A DNA stretch of 64,000 bases, taken from the NCBI RefSeq assembly GCF_009914755.1, contig NC_060930.1. One strand, 5' to 3'. Below the pieces are notes generated by a model. It saw nothing but the letters and a program-made list of their open reading frames with translations. It had not been told where the DNA came from and searched no databases. This stretch comes from the human T2T-CHM13v2.0 reference genome, Homo sapiens. Every line of letters begins with the position of its first letter. The stretch's first letter is position 1. Shown here in pieces: positions 15,149-30,524 of this stretch. The position numbers were made by a program, and so were the translations under genes.

Positions 15149-15799
15149 TTTTCTGATAATTTGGAAGATTTATCTTTTTATTTTAGTGATTGTGTTTATA
15201 AGTGTAACTTTATACCATATTTCTTCAGACAGTACCTGTTGGCTCCCTACCATGAGTAATGATGAAATTAGTAAGTATATTTCCTCACCCCTCTCTTCCC
15301 ACCTGCTTCTAGTTGATTATATTATTTTTCTTGGTTTTATTTTCTGTCGTAAAACATCCATATTCGTCTATTAACATTTGCAAATCTACATTAGGATTTA
15401 ATGTTAAACAGGTAGTGACATAGATTTGCAAATTGAGCTATCTGCTTTAAATATCTTCTGAGCCCTGTCAGTAAAAGATGAAGAAGTCAATGCACTTCAT
15501 TTGTCCATTTTTTCCTCCTTTTAACATTTGCCAATTATATTACTTTGATGTTCTCTTTGCCTCAAATGTAAGACCTAGTCGTAAGGTTGGATCTGTTCAG
15601 GGCTCTCCACCAATCCTTTTGCCATGGTTTCTCCATCTCATGATTAGTTGAAGTTTGTTCTCTCACAGCTTCTTCAGACAGGTGTTAAGGAACACATTTT
15701 CCCTGAGTTCTTACATGTTGAAAAGTAGTTTTTTTTCACTTTTATACTTAAACAATAGTTTGGCTTGATATATACTTATTCTTGAATCATTTATTCTCA

Positions 15800-16097
15800 T
15801 TTTCTTTCTTCTCTCCCTTCTCTTTCCCTTTTCTTTACAACAGGGTCCAGGCTGGAGTGCAGTGGTGTGCTCACTGCAGCCTGGACCCTCCTGGGGTCAA
15901 GCGATCCCCCCGTCTCAGCCTCCCAAGTAGCTGAGGCTACAGACGTGCAGCACCATGCCCAACTAATTTTTTATTTTCTTGTAGAAACAGAGTCTCACTT
16001 TGTTGCCCAGGCTGGTTTCGAACTCCTAGGCTCAAGCAGTCATTTTGCCGTGGCCTCCCAAAGTGCTAGGATTACAGTTGTGAGCCATCCCATCAGC
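15800..16097 (-). mobile_element. Alu (J-like)
   Basis: Diverged reverse Alu. Confidence 0.85.
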
Positions 16098-17164
16098 TCA
16101 TTTTCTTTTAATTGTGATACATGACCGAAAAGCACATGAAGCACAAATGTGTGGTATGATGGCTTAATGAATAATCACAAAGTGAACACCCCAGAAACTT
16201 CTGTGTCTATTTGCTGTTTTCTCCTTTCTTTCCTCCAGAGAGAACTATATCCTTTTATGTCATTTACTCCTTTCTTTCTTTATAATATTACTCTGCATGC
16301 ATTCCTAAACAGTAGAAACTACTTTTGTCAGTTTTTGAAGTCTATATAAGTCGAATCATAACAGTATTTATTCTTATGCTTTACTTATTTGTTCAACATG
16401 ACATTTGTAAGATCCATCCACATTGTTACTTGAAGCCCTACTTCACATATATTGTCATTGGTGTATAATGTTCTGCTATATAAACATATTGCAATTGATT
16501 TCTCTTGTCACTATTGATGGACATTTGGGTTATTTCTAGTTTGGGGCTAAGACGAGCCATGGTGCTTTGAATAGTCTTATATATATCTCCTAATACATAT
16601 ATGTATATATTTATCTTAATATGCATATTTGGGAGTGAAAATACTGGGTCTTAGGGTATGCATATTTCATTCTTCCTAGATATGGCTAAATTATTTTACT
16701 TTATACCCCTCCTGCAGTGTGTGAGTTCCTTAGGTCACCCTTCACTGTCTTTTAGCCCAGTGAGCCTTTCAATTAGGCAATATTCCCACTTTAGATGAGA
16801 AAACAGGTTCAAAGGAGTCAAAAAGCTTGCTGGAAGTTCATGGTGGTACTGAGTGCCAGAACTGGCATTTGAACTCTGCTCTCTCCAGCTCTAAAGCCCG
16901 TTACCTTTCCATCCTGCCTTCTTTACACATAGGACATCCTGACAGGTGTGTAAGGCACTGAAACTTCACCAGGGAGAATGAACATTATCAAATATATTTT
17001 TTTAACGGGTAGATTGCTCTCTTTGGGGGATGGCTTGAGTACAGTTATTAGAGATAACCTATTTATCAAAGTCTCATCCAATTTTGTGATGCAGATGGCA
17101 CTTAGCCAACATATTTAGTTTCCTAACTAAACTAACTATTTCTTCCTTTTGTTTTTGCTTTTAG

Positions 17165-17221
17165 CATTCAGCCTGTATATGGAGCACAGCATCCTCCTCT
17201 TGACCCACGGCTCACCAAAAA
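17165..17221 (+). CDS. TBC1D22B: TBC1D22B exon 2 (SIQPVYGAQHPPLDPRLTK), 57 nt, phase 2-2
   Basis: Polypyrimidine tract ttttgcttttag acceptor; AA|GTAAGT donor; continues exon 1 frame. Confidence 0.95.
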
Positions 17222-17739
17222 GTAAGTCAAGACATTTTCGTTTTATCTATCTACTGCTGTCACCCCTATACCCTCCCCTATTTTGTTGAAATGACAGTTT
17301 CCACCTTGACATTTTTTAGCGTCTCTTCTGCCCTATTTTGGACCAGGAGATGAGCAATGTTCTTACTTCCAAATGGTCCATTGCTAAATGGGAAATTAAC
17401 TCCCATTAGAGATTTTGTGTTTTCCTATATTGGGAACTGGTATATGTAGGGTTTGGTATTGGATTCTTTGGTCAAAAGAGAATAGTCAAAAGGTCTTTAT
17501 TGATTAAATGTTGTCCCTGAAACCAGAACATTGATGACCTCCAGATCTTTTAGCAGGAGATCTGGTTTCTGAGGCTCACTGCTTCTGAATATAGATAGGT
17601 CTGCCACCTTTTCCTCACTTTTACTATGAGAACTAGGGCAACAGAATATAACTGTAGGCTGGCATTCTTTAGTTCCTCTTTCCCTTTGACACACTCAAAG
17701 AGACCCAGGCATATGTACAGTAGAGTTAAAAGCTATTTA

Positions 17740-18074
<335 letters not shown>

Positions 18075-18449
18075 CTAGTAGAACTCTAATAAATTATTTT
18101 CAAGCGCAACAGAGACTCTAGTTAAATCCAAGATGTGTGGCTCTGTATCCATACCCCCAATTATCCCTTTATCCCATCTTTCTCTCATGGACCATCACTG
18201 AGCCACAGTGAATTTAAATGAGGGGATAGGTCACCTTCAGAGATTTTCTAAGAACTTTGGCCTCTATTTGGGGGCATGCTTAATTTTAGAGACTAGTTTC
18301 TGGCAAAGTTGTTGTTTGTAATGAAAGCTGAATGGTTAGGGAGATGCAGACCTAGGTTCTCATCTTCCTGGGGCCTGTGTATTAGTAGCTGCCCTTTCTT
18401 CCTTCACAGTCAATAGGGAAGTAAAGATAATGTACAATTATGGTTCCAA

Positions 18450-19200
<751 letters not shown>

Positions 19201-19642
19201 AGGATAATATACGTTAAAGTATTTTGAATACCTAGAAGAATGCTATATCAAATATGCATTATCAGTATTTAAACATTTAAAAAATAACTTAGCTGAATAT
19301 GTAGTGCACTTTCTATAATTCTACCAACTTGTTCTTTTTGCGATTTGGTGTGTGTATAAGGCACAGTCTTCTGAATTACTGAGGAAGCATGACTGCTGTT
19401 CTTGTCTGCAAGGTGCATGCTTTTTTTTTTTTTTTTTTTAAATCAGAAACCACTATTGTATAGATTTCTTGAGAGCAGGGACTTTGTTTTGTTCATTACT
19501 GTACCCATAGCCTCTAGAACAGCATGTGGCACGTAGTAGGCAGTGAGTAAATATTTATTGAATGAAGGTATGAAACTGTCTCATTTACTTAAACAGCAGG
19601 CTTTTCTTTAATGTTCCTTGGTTTGCCCCTTTTGTTAGGTCT

Positions 19643-20257
<615 letters not shown>

Positions 20258-22335
20258 GTTAGCTCTTAAGGGGAGCATGTTTTCTGTGATATCTGTGTGA
20301 TCGTCCCATTAAATAGAATGAATTCTACTATTCTTTGGTTTTATCAAGAATCGACTTTCTGGTCTGTTGGCCAGTGAGGCAGGCATTACTGGTTACCTAA
20401 CTGATAGTCTTCCCTGTGCCTGCTTCTTTCATGCTCAAGAACCGTAATTTTGTTCAGATATTGAGTAAGCAACAATGCACTTAGGGGAGGTATTAACATT
20501 GGCTTAAACCTTTCATGATAATTCTTTAGTAATCCCAGTGACTGGCATAGACTGGTCTCATCTCATTGGTTCTGGCCAATCAAAGAAAGTCTCCTGGGGG
20601 AGGGTTCTTGGAAAGATTTTCTTTTTTGATCAGAATGGGAGACAGTTCTGTGAAGAAAGCCTCTTTTTGCTGCCACTCACATTTCCTGCGTTTGAATGTG
20701 GTAGTGTGAGTGTGATTCTGAAAGCTATAGCAGCCGACTCGTAACCCCGAGGCAAAAAAAAAAAAAAAAAAAACGAGAATAGCAAAGACAACAGCCTAGA
20801 CCTACATCGTGGTCTTGGGATTTAAGGATCATAGTTGAGAATTATGTTACATGTAACCACAACCATTCTGGTCACAACCAGGAGTTATTGACTGGTAATA
20901 GATCTGTTCTAGCACAACCTTTGACAAACACGTGGCTAACCTATAAAGCTGTTCATCCACTCATATAAGGCACTGAGTGTAGTGTCCATTTTATGTTTTG
21001 ATCAAGATCACCATACCTTGTCTGCACCTATCATCAACTGAGCTTTTCCTAATTTTGTATTTAGGACAGATCTTCAGGAATATTTCCATATCCCAAACTG
21101 CCAAGGCAAACTTTATATACTATTGTTTTCTCACCTGTTGATGATATAAAATCATGAATATTTTCACTGATCTTTCAGCAGAGTTTCAGTCATGCTTTCA
21201 ATAGGAGTAATTACTTAGCTTTACAGTTTGGGAGGAGTTTAGTTGTCACTGGATTAATTGGTTCCCTTTTTCATGTATGTGGTGGTTTGATGTTGATATT
21301 TTACAACATGGGGTCGCGTCTATGTCTGCACCAGACCATTTTACAATTTCAGATTGTTGCCATAAAACATTTATCACCTCTATTTTAGTACCTTTGTTAG
21401 GACATTTTTATGACTTTCTCTGCTACATGATTATCGTTCCACTTCAGCCCATCATTAATTACTGTGTAGTTAATACACATTGCAGCAGAAGCCTTTACAT
21501 TGGGTCTTCAATCATCTAAACTGCACAAGCACAGTAAGTCGTTCCCTGTCCATGTGTATTGACTTTAATTTGCCAGATGATTACTATTAGTGATACTATT
21601 GCCTGCAGTAATTTTTATAGCTCAGATAAAGCTAGTCTCATTGCTGAGCAGCTGCATTGGCCACTTGATGGTATGACAAGCTTCTAAGTTTATTGTTTTT
21701 TGAATTGATGCTCAAGTATGCTAGGTCCTAATTCCAAGTTATAAAACTAGTTCACATGGAGCCACACTAGTTACTAAGATATCTGGATTTATTTGATTGT
21801 TACTAAATTTCTCCACTTCACATCACTTGTCAGTGTCAAACATTTTTCTAGAAAATTCTGTTAAGTAGAACATCCGTATTAGTAAGACAGTGTAGTATGA
21901 TCAAATTACAGAATGCTTGATCTTTTGTACTCCTAACCAGTGTAACCTGTGGCCACTCTTTTTCAACATATCCTTAGGTGTTTGTGTTACTAAGGTACTC
22001 ATCACCAAACACTTTACCAAGTCAAATGTGCCATTTATTAGGTTTTTGAAATTTTTAGTATTCCCTGCACTTCTTAAATCTCTTTTTCTTTGCCGCTTAC
22101 CATTTCCATGACCTTGGGCACATTACTGAAACTTTCCAAGCCTTAGTTTCTTCATTCATAAAATAGAGATAGTAAGACTCATTTCACAGATTTGTGAGGA
22201 TTGCATGAGGTATCTGCAAAGGTGCTTTCTAAACTATAATTTATCGTACAGTTGTAAGGAGGTATGGTGAAGGTGTTCGTCAGAGGCCAGTTTGGTTGTG
22301 ACTTTGATAGAGTTGTGTTTAAATAATCTTGGTTA

Positions 22336-22640
<305 letters not shown>

Positions 22641-23485
22641 AATCTTGGTTAGACTTCAAGCCGCACTGTGGCATTCTTTTACATTGAGTTAAGTGTAAAC
22701 TACCTGGGACTGTGTTTAAATGGAGTATATAAACCAAAGGCATCCCCAGCTGGAGTTACCTGGATTAACTTTTTGCTGCAACTACTGGGGTCAACAGAAA
22801 GGGGTGACATTTCTCTTACAAGGAGCCCATGCCTAGATGTGGCTTCTTTCCTGTCTACTCAGAATAGGCTATGTGTGTCAGACCTAAGTCTTTTCCTACA
22901 AGTTGAGATTTTTTTTTTTCCTACAGGGTGTGAGAGTTGGGCTTTTGGCTGTGTATAGTTGGGGAGAATTATAGCTGTGGTGGTATGTGGCTTGGTTTAC
23001 TTGGCGACTTCTCTTCCTAGGCTGCAGATCCTTCTAGGCCCTGACCTTCTTCTTTTTAGCTGCTTTTTTCAAGGTAAAGTAAGTAGTTAGTAGCACATGC
23101 TGGCCCAGGAGTCAGGTAGACCTGGATTTGAGCCCAGACCTCACTGCCTGCTCATGATCTCAGTAGGCTTCAGTTCCCTCATCTGTAAATGGGACTAACA
23201 AAAATACCCACCTCATAGGATTATTAATGGGCATTAGATAAGAAAATGGGTATATATTAAAATTTAGCATAGGGTCTGGTGAGTATTCAATATTTATGAA
23301 TATTATGAATATGTATGAATATGGCTAGTGAGTAGCCAATATTTATATGTATTTATTTGTGAATTTATGTATCTCCTCTGGAGAGAGCATAACTAGTAAA
23401 CATGGAAAAGCTTCAAAGCCTTAAATTTACCCATCATTGTTTATTGCTCCTGGTCTGTGGATTCTCTGCCTTCTCTCAGTGGTAA

Positions 23486-23835
<350 letters not shown>

Positions 23836-24219
23836 TTCTCTTTCATTCTTGTGGGTGGTTCTCACCAACCTTGTTTTGTCCTCAGACTCTTCCCCTTTTC
23901 TAGGTGAAACCAACCCCTTCCTCCACGAAAGCCTCTTTCCTCAGGACAGAGCTGACTTTTAAATTGGTTGGTTGAATTTGGGGTTTTGTGGGCTAGGTAT
24001 CCTTAAAATCATTTCTAGCAGCCTCAAAATGGTCTGCCTTGAATCTCATGTCTTTATGTCATGGGGAATGACAGCCTTTTCTCCCTTCTTTCTTCTTCAT
24101 TGTGTTGGAAAGTGTCCTCCCAGTTTCTATTGGCAAGTCTTCATTTGAGTAAATTCCAATCTTAATCTACTTCAAATATATATTGAATCATTATCTGCTT
24201 CAAAAATATAATGAAAACT

Positions 24220-24566
<347 letters not shown>

Positions 24567-25031
24567 TTAACGGCCTTCATTTTTCTCAGAAGTCAGCACC
24601 TGTTAGAACCTGACAGGCAGCCTGGCCCGTCTCTCCCTGTAGTGTGTTCATCCGGTCCTGGTGTGCGTGTGTGTCACCCTGTGTTAGGCCACCAGCTTCA
24701 AGTCAGCTCTTTGACCTGAGTTAAAATTCAACTTCTTGATTTGATGATTGATTAAAGAATTCTCAGAACATCCAGTATTTATGCAATCTTAATGTACACG
24801 TGGCCTCTAAGGAGGAAAAACAGTAATAACCACATACTCCTGGGTGTTATATTAGATGACAGATCTTTCTTACACAGCTGCATGTTTGTTCTCGACAGCG
24901 AATCCCCTGAGGTGGTACTGCAGGTGGTAGATCAGGTCCCCTTTTACAAAGGAGAAGCAGCCATGGTGGATGAGTCCAGAACGTGCAGCCTCAGTTTTAT
25001 TTTCTTTGATTTGGGTACTTGTCTCCTATAG

Positions 25032-25346
<315 letters not shown>

Positions 25347-25420
25347 TAGTCTTGTTTTAAGAACAAATATTATCATTTCTATAAATAGAAAACAACATTT
25401 GTTATAAATAAGAAGAACTT

Positions 25421-25716
25421 CTGGGCGTGGTGGCTCATGCCTGTAATCCCAGCAATTTGGGAGGCTCAGGTGAGAGGATCACTTGAGGCCAGGAGTTTGA
25501 GACTAGCGAGAGCAACATAATGAGACCCTTATCTCTCAAAAAAAAAAAAGCTAGACATGGTGGTGTGCGCCTATAGTCCCAGCTACTCAGGAAGCTGAGG
25601 TGGAAGGATTGCTTGAGCCTAGGAGTTCAAGACTGCAGTAAGCCAAGATTTCTCTACTGCACTCCATCACTCCACCCTGGGTGACAGAGCAAGGCCCTGA
25701 CTCTTAAAAGAAAAGA
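25421..25716 (+). mobile_element. Alu (J-like)
   Basis: Forward Alu. Confidence 0.88.
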
Positions 25717-26218
25717 ACCATATAAATACTCAGTGAAAAACCAAACAATCTTATTAAATCCAGAGGCAGATCTTGTTGCTAGCAAATATATTGATTCTGA
25801 GGCTGCCGTCACTTTGGCACCTAGTTAGAAAATGGTCTTAAAGACAGAGTAGCACCAAACTTCAACTTTCTTCTCAAGGCCAGCAGAAGAACTTTTAACA
25901 GAATAAAAAATGGAACAACTTTTTTATTTTGGGACTTAATGTTTAATGCTACATATGTGGACTACCTAAAATTATCTTGTTTTCTGCCAGTAGTTTATGT
26001 GCTGCTCTAAGTGATAGCAGATCAACTGTCAAATCTCTGTGGATTAACATAGTAAAGGTTTATTTCCTGCTCATGCTACATGTCTAAAATGGGGGTGGGG
26101 TAAGGGCAGAGGGCAGGCTCCTCGACATAGTTACTGCTGCTCCACATAGCCACTCAGTTACCTAGGCTGAAGGAGGTTCTACCATCTTGCCAGTGCATCA
26201 TGATAGAAGAAAAGCTAT

Positions 26219-26512
<294 letters not shown>

Positions 26513-26875
26513 GAGAGAGGTTATACAGAACTGACACCTATTCTCTACTTTGCCTGGAAGTAATCGCCTCATTTCTCCTCAGTCCATTGGCCGGTATTGG
26601 TCATATGGCCTCACCTAAGTGTATGGGGGCCAGGAAGTATACAAGAGCACATGGGATATTTGGTGACCATTGCTGTCTCTGCTACATCTGTCTCTGCGAT
26701 CTCAGGCTGGTCTGGATGTATCTAGATGAAGAATGGATGTGGGCAATTTTTGTTTGAAGAAGCTAATGATTATGTATGTGGTAGTTTGTAATTTATTAAT
26801 ATTACAATAATAAGCAAATGTAGGTGGTCAGATGTGTCAGGCCATTCCTTGGTAATCGTGTCTCCTTTCTTGAAG

Positions 26876-27183
26876 TTTCATTAAAGAACGATCAAAAGTC
26901 AACACAGTTCCTCTGAAGAATAAGAAGGCCTCCAGTTTTCATGAGTTTGCACGGAATACCAGTGATGCTTGGGACATTGGCGATGATGAGGAAGAGGACT
27001 TTTCCTCACCTTCTTTCCAAACTCTGAACTCAAAAGTTGCTTTGGCAACTGCAGCCCAAGTTCTAGAAAACCACAGCAAGCTGAGAGTAAAACCAGAACG
27101 GTCCCAGTCAACGACATCGGACGTCCCTGCCAACTACAAGGTCATAAAGTCCAGCAGTGATGCCCAGCTGTCCAGAAACTCTA
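26876..27183 (+). CDS. TBC1D22B: TBC1D22B exon 3 (NFIKERSKVNTV...DAWDIGDDEEEDF...QLSRNS), 308 nt
   Basis: ctttcttgaag acceptor; A|GTAAGT donor; open frame with compatible phases. Confidence 0.95.
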
Positions 27184-28291
27184 GTAAGTCCTTCCTGCTC
27201 CCTTCATAGCCTCAGCCTTCTCAGCAGCGTGCATTTTAAATAAAAGCGATTTTTCTTTGGGGCCTCACTCAGGTAGATATTCAACTGGGCGGTAAATAAA
27301 CTCAAGCCTGAGATGTGACATCATTAAGCCTGAGTGGTCACAAGCTATACTTGCCCCTCCCACAGTGGTGGCTGCCCAGTCTGGTGACCTGGGCCTTCAC
27401 TCTCTGACACCCAGGTGTTGTTTGCCATTCTCCTCTTCTCTTCTTCCTTTCCCTGTGGTGGAGTCCACAACTTCTCTGGTTTGATTGCTTCACATTGCTT
27501 TAGGCCTGGTCAGGTTTAGAAATAGTAACTGATGTATTTAAAGCTGTTAGTGGCTGAATTTCACAATTGTTTGGCACTGTGGTTTGACTTTCTCAGCCCT
27601 AGGGAACAGCCACTAGCATAAGGTTGTCTTTTCCTGTTCCTGAGGGAGGGAGCAAATGTGCCTAAAGGCCCCAGGTCCCAGCTTCCTGACCATCAGGCAG
27701 GTCCCATCAGGTTGGGTGGGGTAGAAGTAGAGGCCTCTCTGTTTCTTTTCGGGAAACTGGCCACAGTAATGGTTGATGTGTTGGTGGTTTTATTAGCTTT
27801 TGGGGACTCTCAGTGTATTCCTTTAAATATTCATGGTTATGTTTAATGTTGCCCTAATGGGTTTTATAAAGTATGTTGGGAGCTGGAGAGGGAAGCTTTG
27901 TCATCGCAGTGAGAGTTAAAGCAGTGAGCTGGTACAGGATGAAAAGGAAGTAGAAGAACATCAGAGCCCTGGAGTGTACCCTGGCTCATGTTCTGAGGGA
28001 ACTTTTTCGTGGCTGTAAGGTCTTTGCAATCATTGCACAGTTATTTTCCATCACTGATTTGGGCTCTAGCATGAACCTTCAGTGCCATGCACAGATAGGC
28101 ATTCAGTGTTACTGGACCAGGTGGCCACAGCTGCAGGCCGTGGAAGGTGTCTACACACTGTGATGGAGGGTCTCCAGAGGTTTCCAGTGTGAGGAAGGCC
28201 CCTACCGTGATCCATGATGAGCTGCCCTGTGCAGCCAGGACCTCCCCCGCCCAGCCCAGAGCATTCTCCCTGAGGAGGTTTTCTCCTGCCG

Positions 28292-28617
28292 GCATCTGTC
28301 TGTAAATAGGTAATATGAGATTTACCTCTGTCTCAGCTTTGCAGTGTGTGTCTGCATTTTCTAGTCCCCTTGTTACACTAGGCGTCCCAGCCAACTGCCT
28401 CATGGAAGTTGTTTTTGTAAACCTTCTAGTAGTGCTGGTTGGTTGATAGTCACTGCATCTGTCTGTAAATAGGTAATATGAAATTTACCTCTGTCTCAGC
28501 TTTGCAGTGTGTGTCTGCATTTTCTAGTCCCCTCGTTACACTAGGCATCCCAGCCAACTGCCTCGTGGAAGTTGTTTTTGTAAACCTTCTAGTAGTGCTG
28601 GTTGGTTGATAGTCACT
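28292..28617. repeat. Tandem duplication, 2 x 163 bp
   Basis: Units 28292-28454 and 28455-28617, 4 mismatches. Confidence 0.95.
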
Positions 28618-29404
28618 GTTTAATTTTTGTTGTGACTACTACTTTTTAAGGCCCAGCCGTGTAAAGAATATGAAACAGTCATGTAAGCACAGCTAGAATT
28701 AAAAACTGAGTTTTGCTTGTGGTAATACAAGAGTTTTAGAGTCAGGCTTACCTAAGGTGGTTTTTCACTTCTCACTTGCAAGTTATTTAACCTCCCTGAG
28801 CTGCAGTTTCTTGTCTGTAAAATAGTTATACATTCCTACCATATGTTCTAAGGATCAAATGAGAGATCATATGTAAAAGTGACCTATATGCCTTATACAT
28901 ATGAAGCACTCAATATACGTGAGTCCTCTACTGCTTATTCCCCCTACCCACTATCTAGTGTAGAAATGTCAAGAACAAGACAGAGTTCAGTTTGAGTCTT
29001 TGTTTGTTATTTCAGTCATATCTTGGCAGAATTAAGAACTGGTTGATTTTGGTGGGAAATGTAGGAGCACAAAGGAACCGCAGCCACCAAAGGCAGGATT
29101 GCCTTAGGCCAGAGCTTCTCACCATTGTGCAGGGCACACTGGTGGGCCAAGAACCGGGTACAGGATGTGCGGGGATATTGATCCTTTTAGTCCTTGGAGC
29201 AGCTGGGGGTTCTGGGGCTTGTGGAGAGCAACCACCTCCATTTATTGCAGCCTTGTGCTTTGTGGTGTCATCTGCAGTGTCATCATTCCTTATGTGCTCT
29301 GTGGTGTGGAATGGGAAGGAAAACACTGCCTTAGACTAAACTAAACTCACTATTTGGCACCAAGAAAAGTTCCAAGTTAGGGTAGAAAGAAAACATTTGA
29401 TTTT

Positions 29405-29529
29405 CCTTTACAGTCACCAAAAAAGTTCTCAAAAGTTGCTGCAGCATCTGGAGTCTCTGTTAGCACCTTTAGAGTCACCAAAAAAGTTCTCAAAAGTTGC
29501 TGCAGCATCTGGCGTCTCTGTTACCACCT
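29405..29529. repeat. Tandem duplication, ~2 x 61 bp
   Basis: agtcaccaaaaaagttctcaaaagttgctgcagcatctgg at 29412 and 29473. Confidence 0.93.
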
Positions 29530-29756
29530 AAGGTGCCTTGGTGTGTTTGATATAAATGCAGCCCTTTCTCTGGGCAGTGAATGGGGTGTGGCTGGGTTCT
29601 GGCCCCTCGCTGCCCTTCAGCTGGGCACCTCAGACAGTGCACACAGGCAGCCACACCCTTGGGGAGGAAACACAATGCTGAACGGTTAGGTTTAAGGCTT
29701 CTCAGAATCCATACTCCTCACACAGCCCGTTCTCTTTCTTTTTCAAATGATCTCAG

Positions 29757-29936
29757 GTGATACATGCCTGAGGAACCCACTCCACAAACAGCAATCACTC
29801 CCTCTCCGGCCCATCATCCCCCTCGTTGCCCGGATCTCGGATCAGAACGCTTCTGGGGCCCCCCCAATGACTGTCCGGGAGAAAACCCGCCTAGAAAAAT
29901 TCCGTCAGCTTCTCTCCAGCCAGAACACTGACTTAG
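29757..29936 (+). CDS. TBC1D22B: TBC1D22B exon 4 (SDTCLRNPLHKQQ...QNTDL), 180 nt, phase 1-1
   Basis: tctcag acceptor, G|GTGAGT donor; overlaps ORF 29747..29950. Confidence 0.95.
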
Positions 29937-30453
29937 GTGAGTCCCTGTGAGCCCAGGCAAGGTAGGAGCTTTGGGTGACTGGAATTCTCAGAGACCTGGA
30001 AGCTACTGCTCTTTATTCTTCCTTCTTTTACTTTTCTAGCTTCTCCTGACCTGGTGCCCATTGCAGTGACATGCAGGTATTAAGTCAGACATATGTTACT
30101 AGAGATTATGGACCAAATTAGGTGGGACTGGTTTCTGTGGCCTGTAGACCCTAGTGCAACTATTCTGACTTTGGTCTTCCTTATCTCAAGGTGACTCTTA
30201 CTGAAATCTACACCCACTGGTCTTTCCCTTCCCCTCTAACTTTCATCTCTGAGCTGACAGGACTGCTACTGCAAGGCCGTGTCCTTGGCACTTAGCTGCT
30301 CGGGGCTGTTTTGGGCTTTTCACTGTGCTTATGGGTAGCAGGTGGTGGTGGTGGTCTTACATGGATGGAAGGAGACATCAGGCAGTGCTGGTTGCGGTTT
30401 GCTTTAGAGCATTTGTGGAGAGTTAACCTAACAAGGCTGTTTTCTATTTACAG

Positions 30454-30524
30454 ATGAACTGAGGAAGTGTAGCTGGCCAGGGGTTCCCAGGGAGGTTCGA
30501 CCTATAACCTGGAGACTCCTGTCG
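30454..30524 (+). CDS. TBC1D22B: TBC1D22B exon 5 (DELRKCSWPGVPREVRPITWRLLS), start of TBC domain
   Basis: tttacag acceptor, TCG|GTGAGT donor; TBC signature G-[VI]-P-x3-R-x3-W-x-LL. Confidence 0.96.

Noticed and set aside
20380-21900. Possible ancient LTR/retroviral internal remnant with faint integrase-like words on the minus strand
   Set aside because: Too degenerate to assign by eye; needs Dfam/RepeatMasker or tBLASTx
28292-29529. Direct repeats as a CRISPR-like or prokaryotic array
   Set aside because: Eukaryotic intron; two adjacent copies with no spacers
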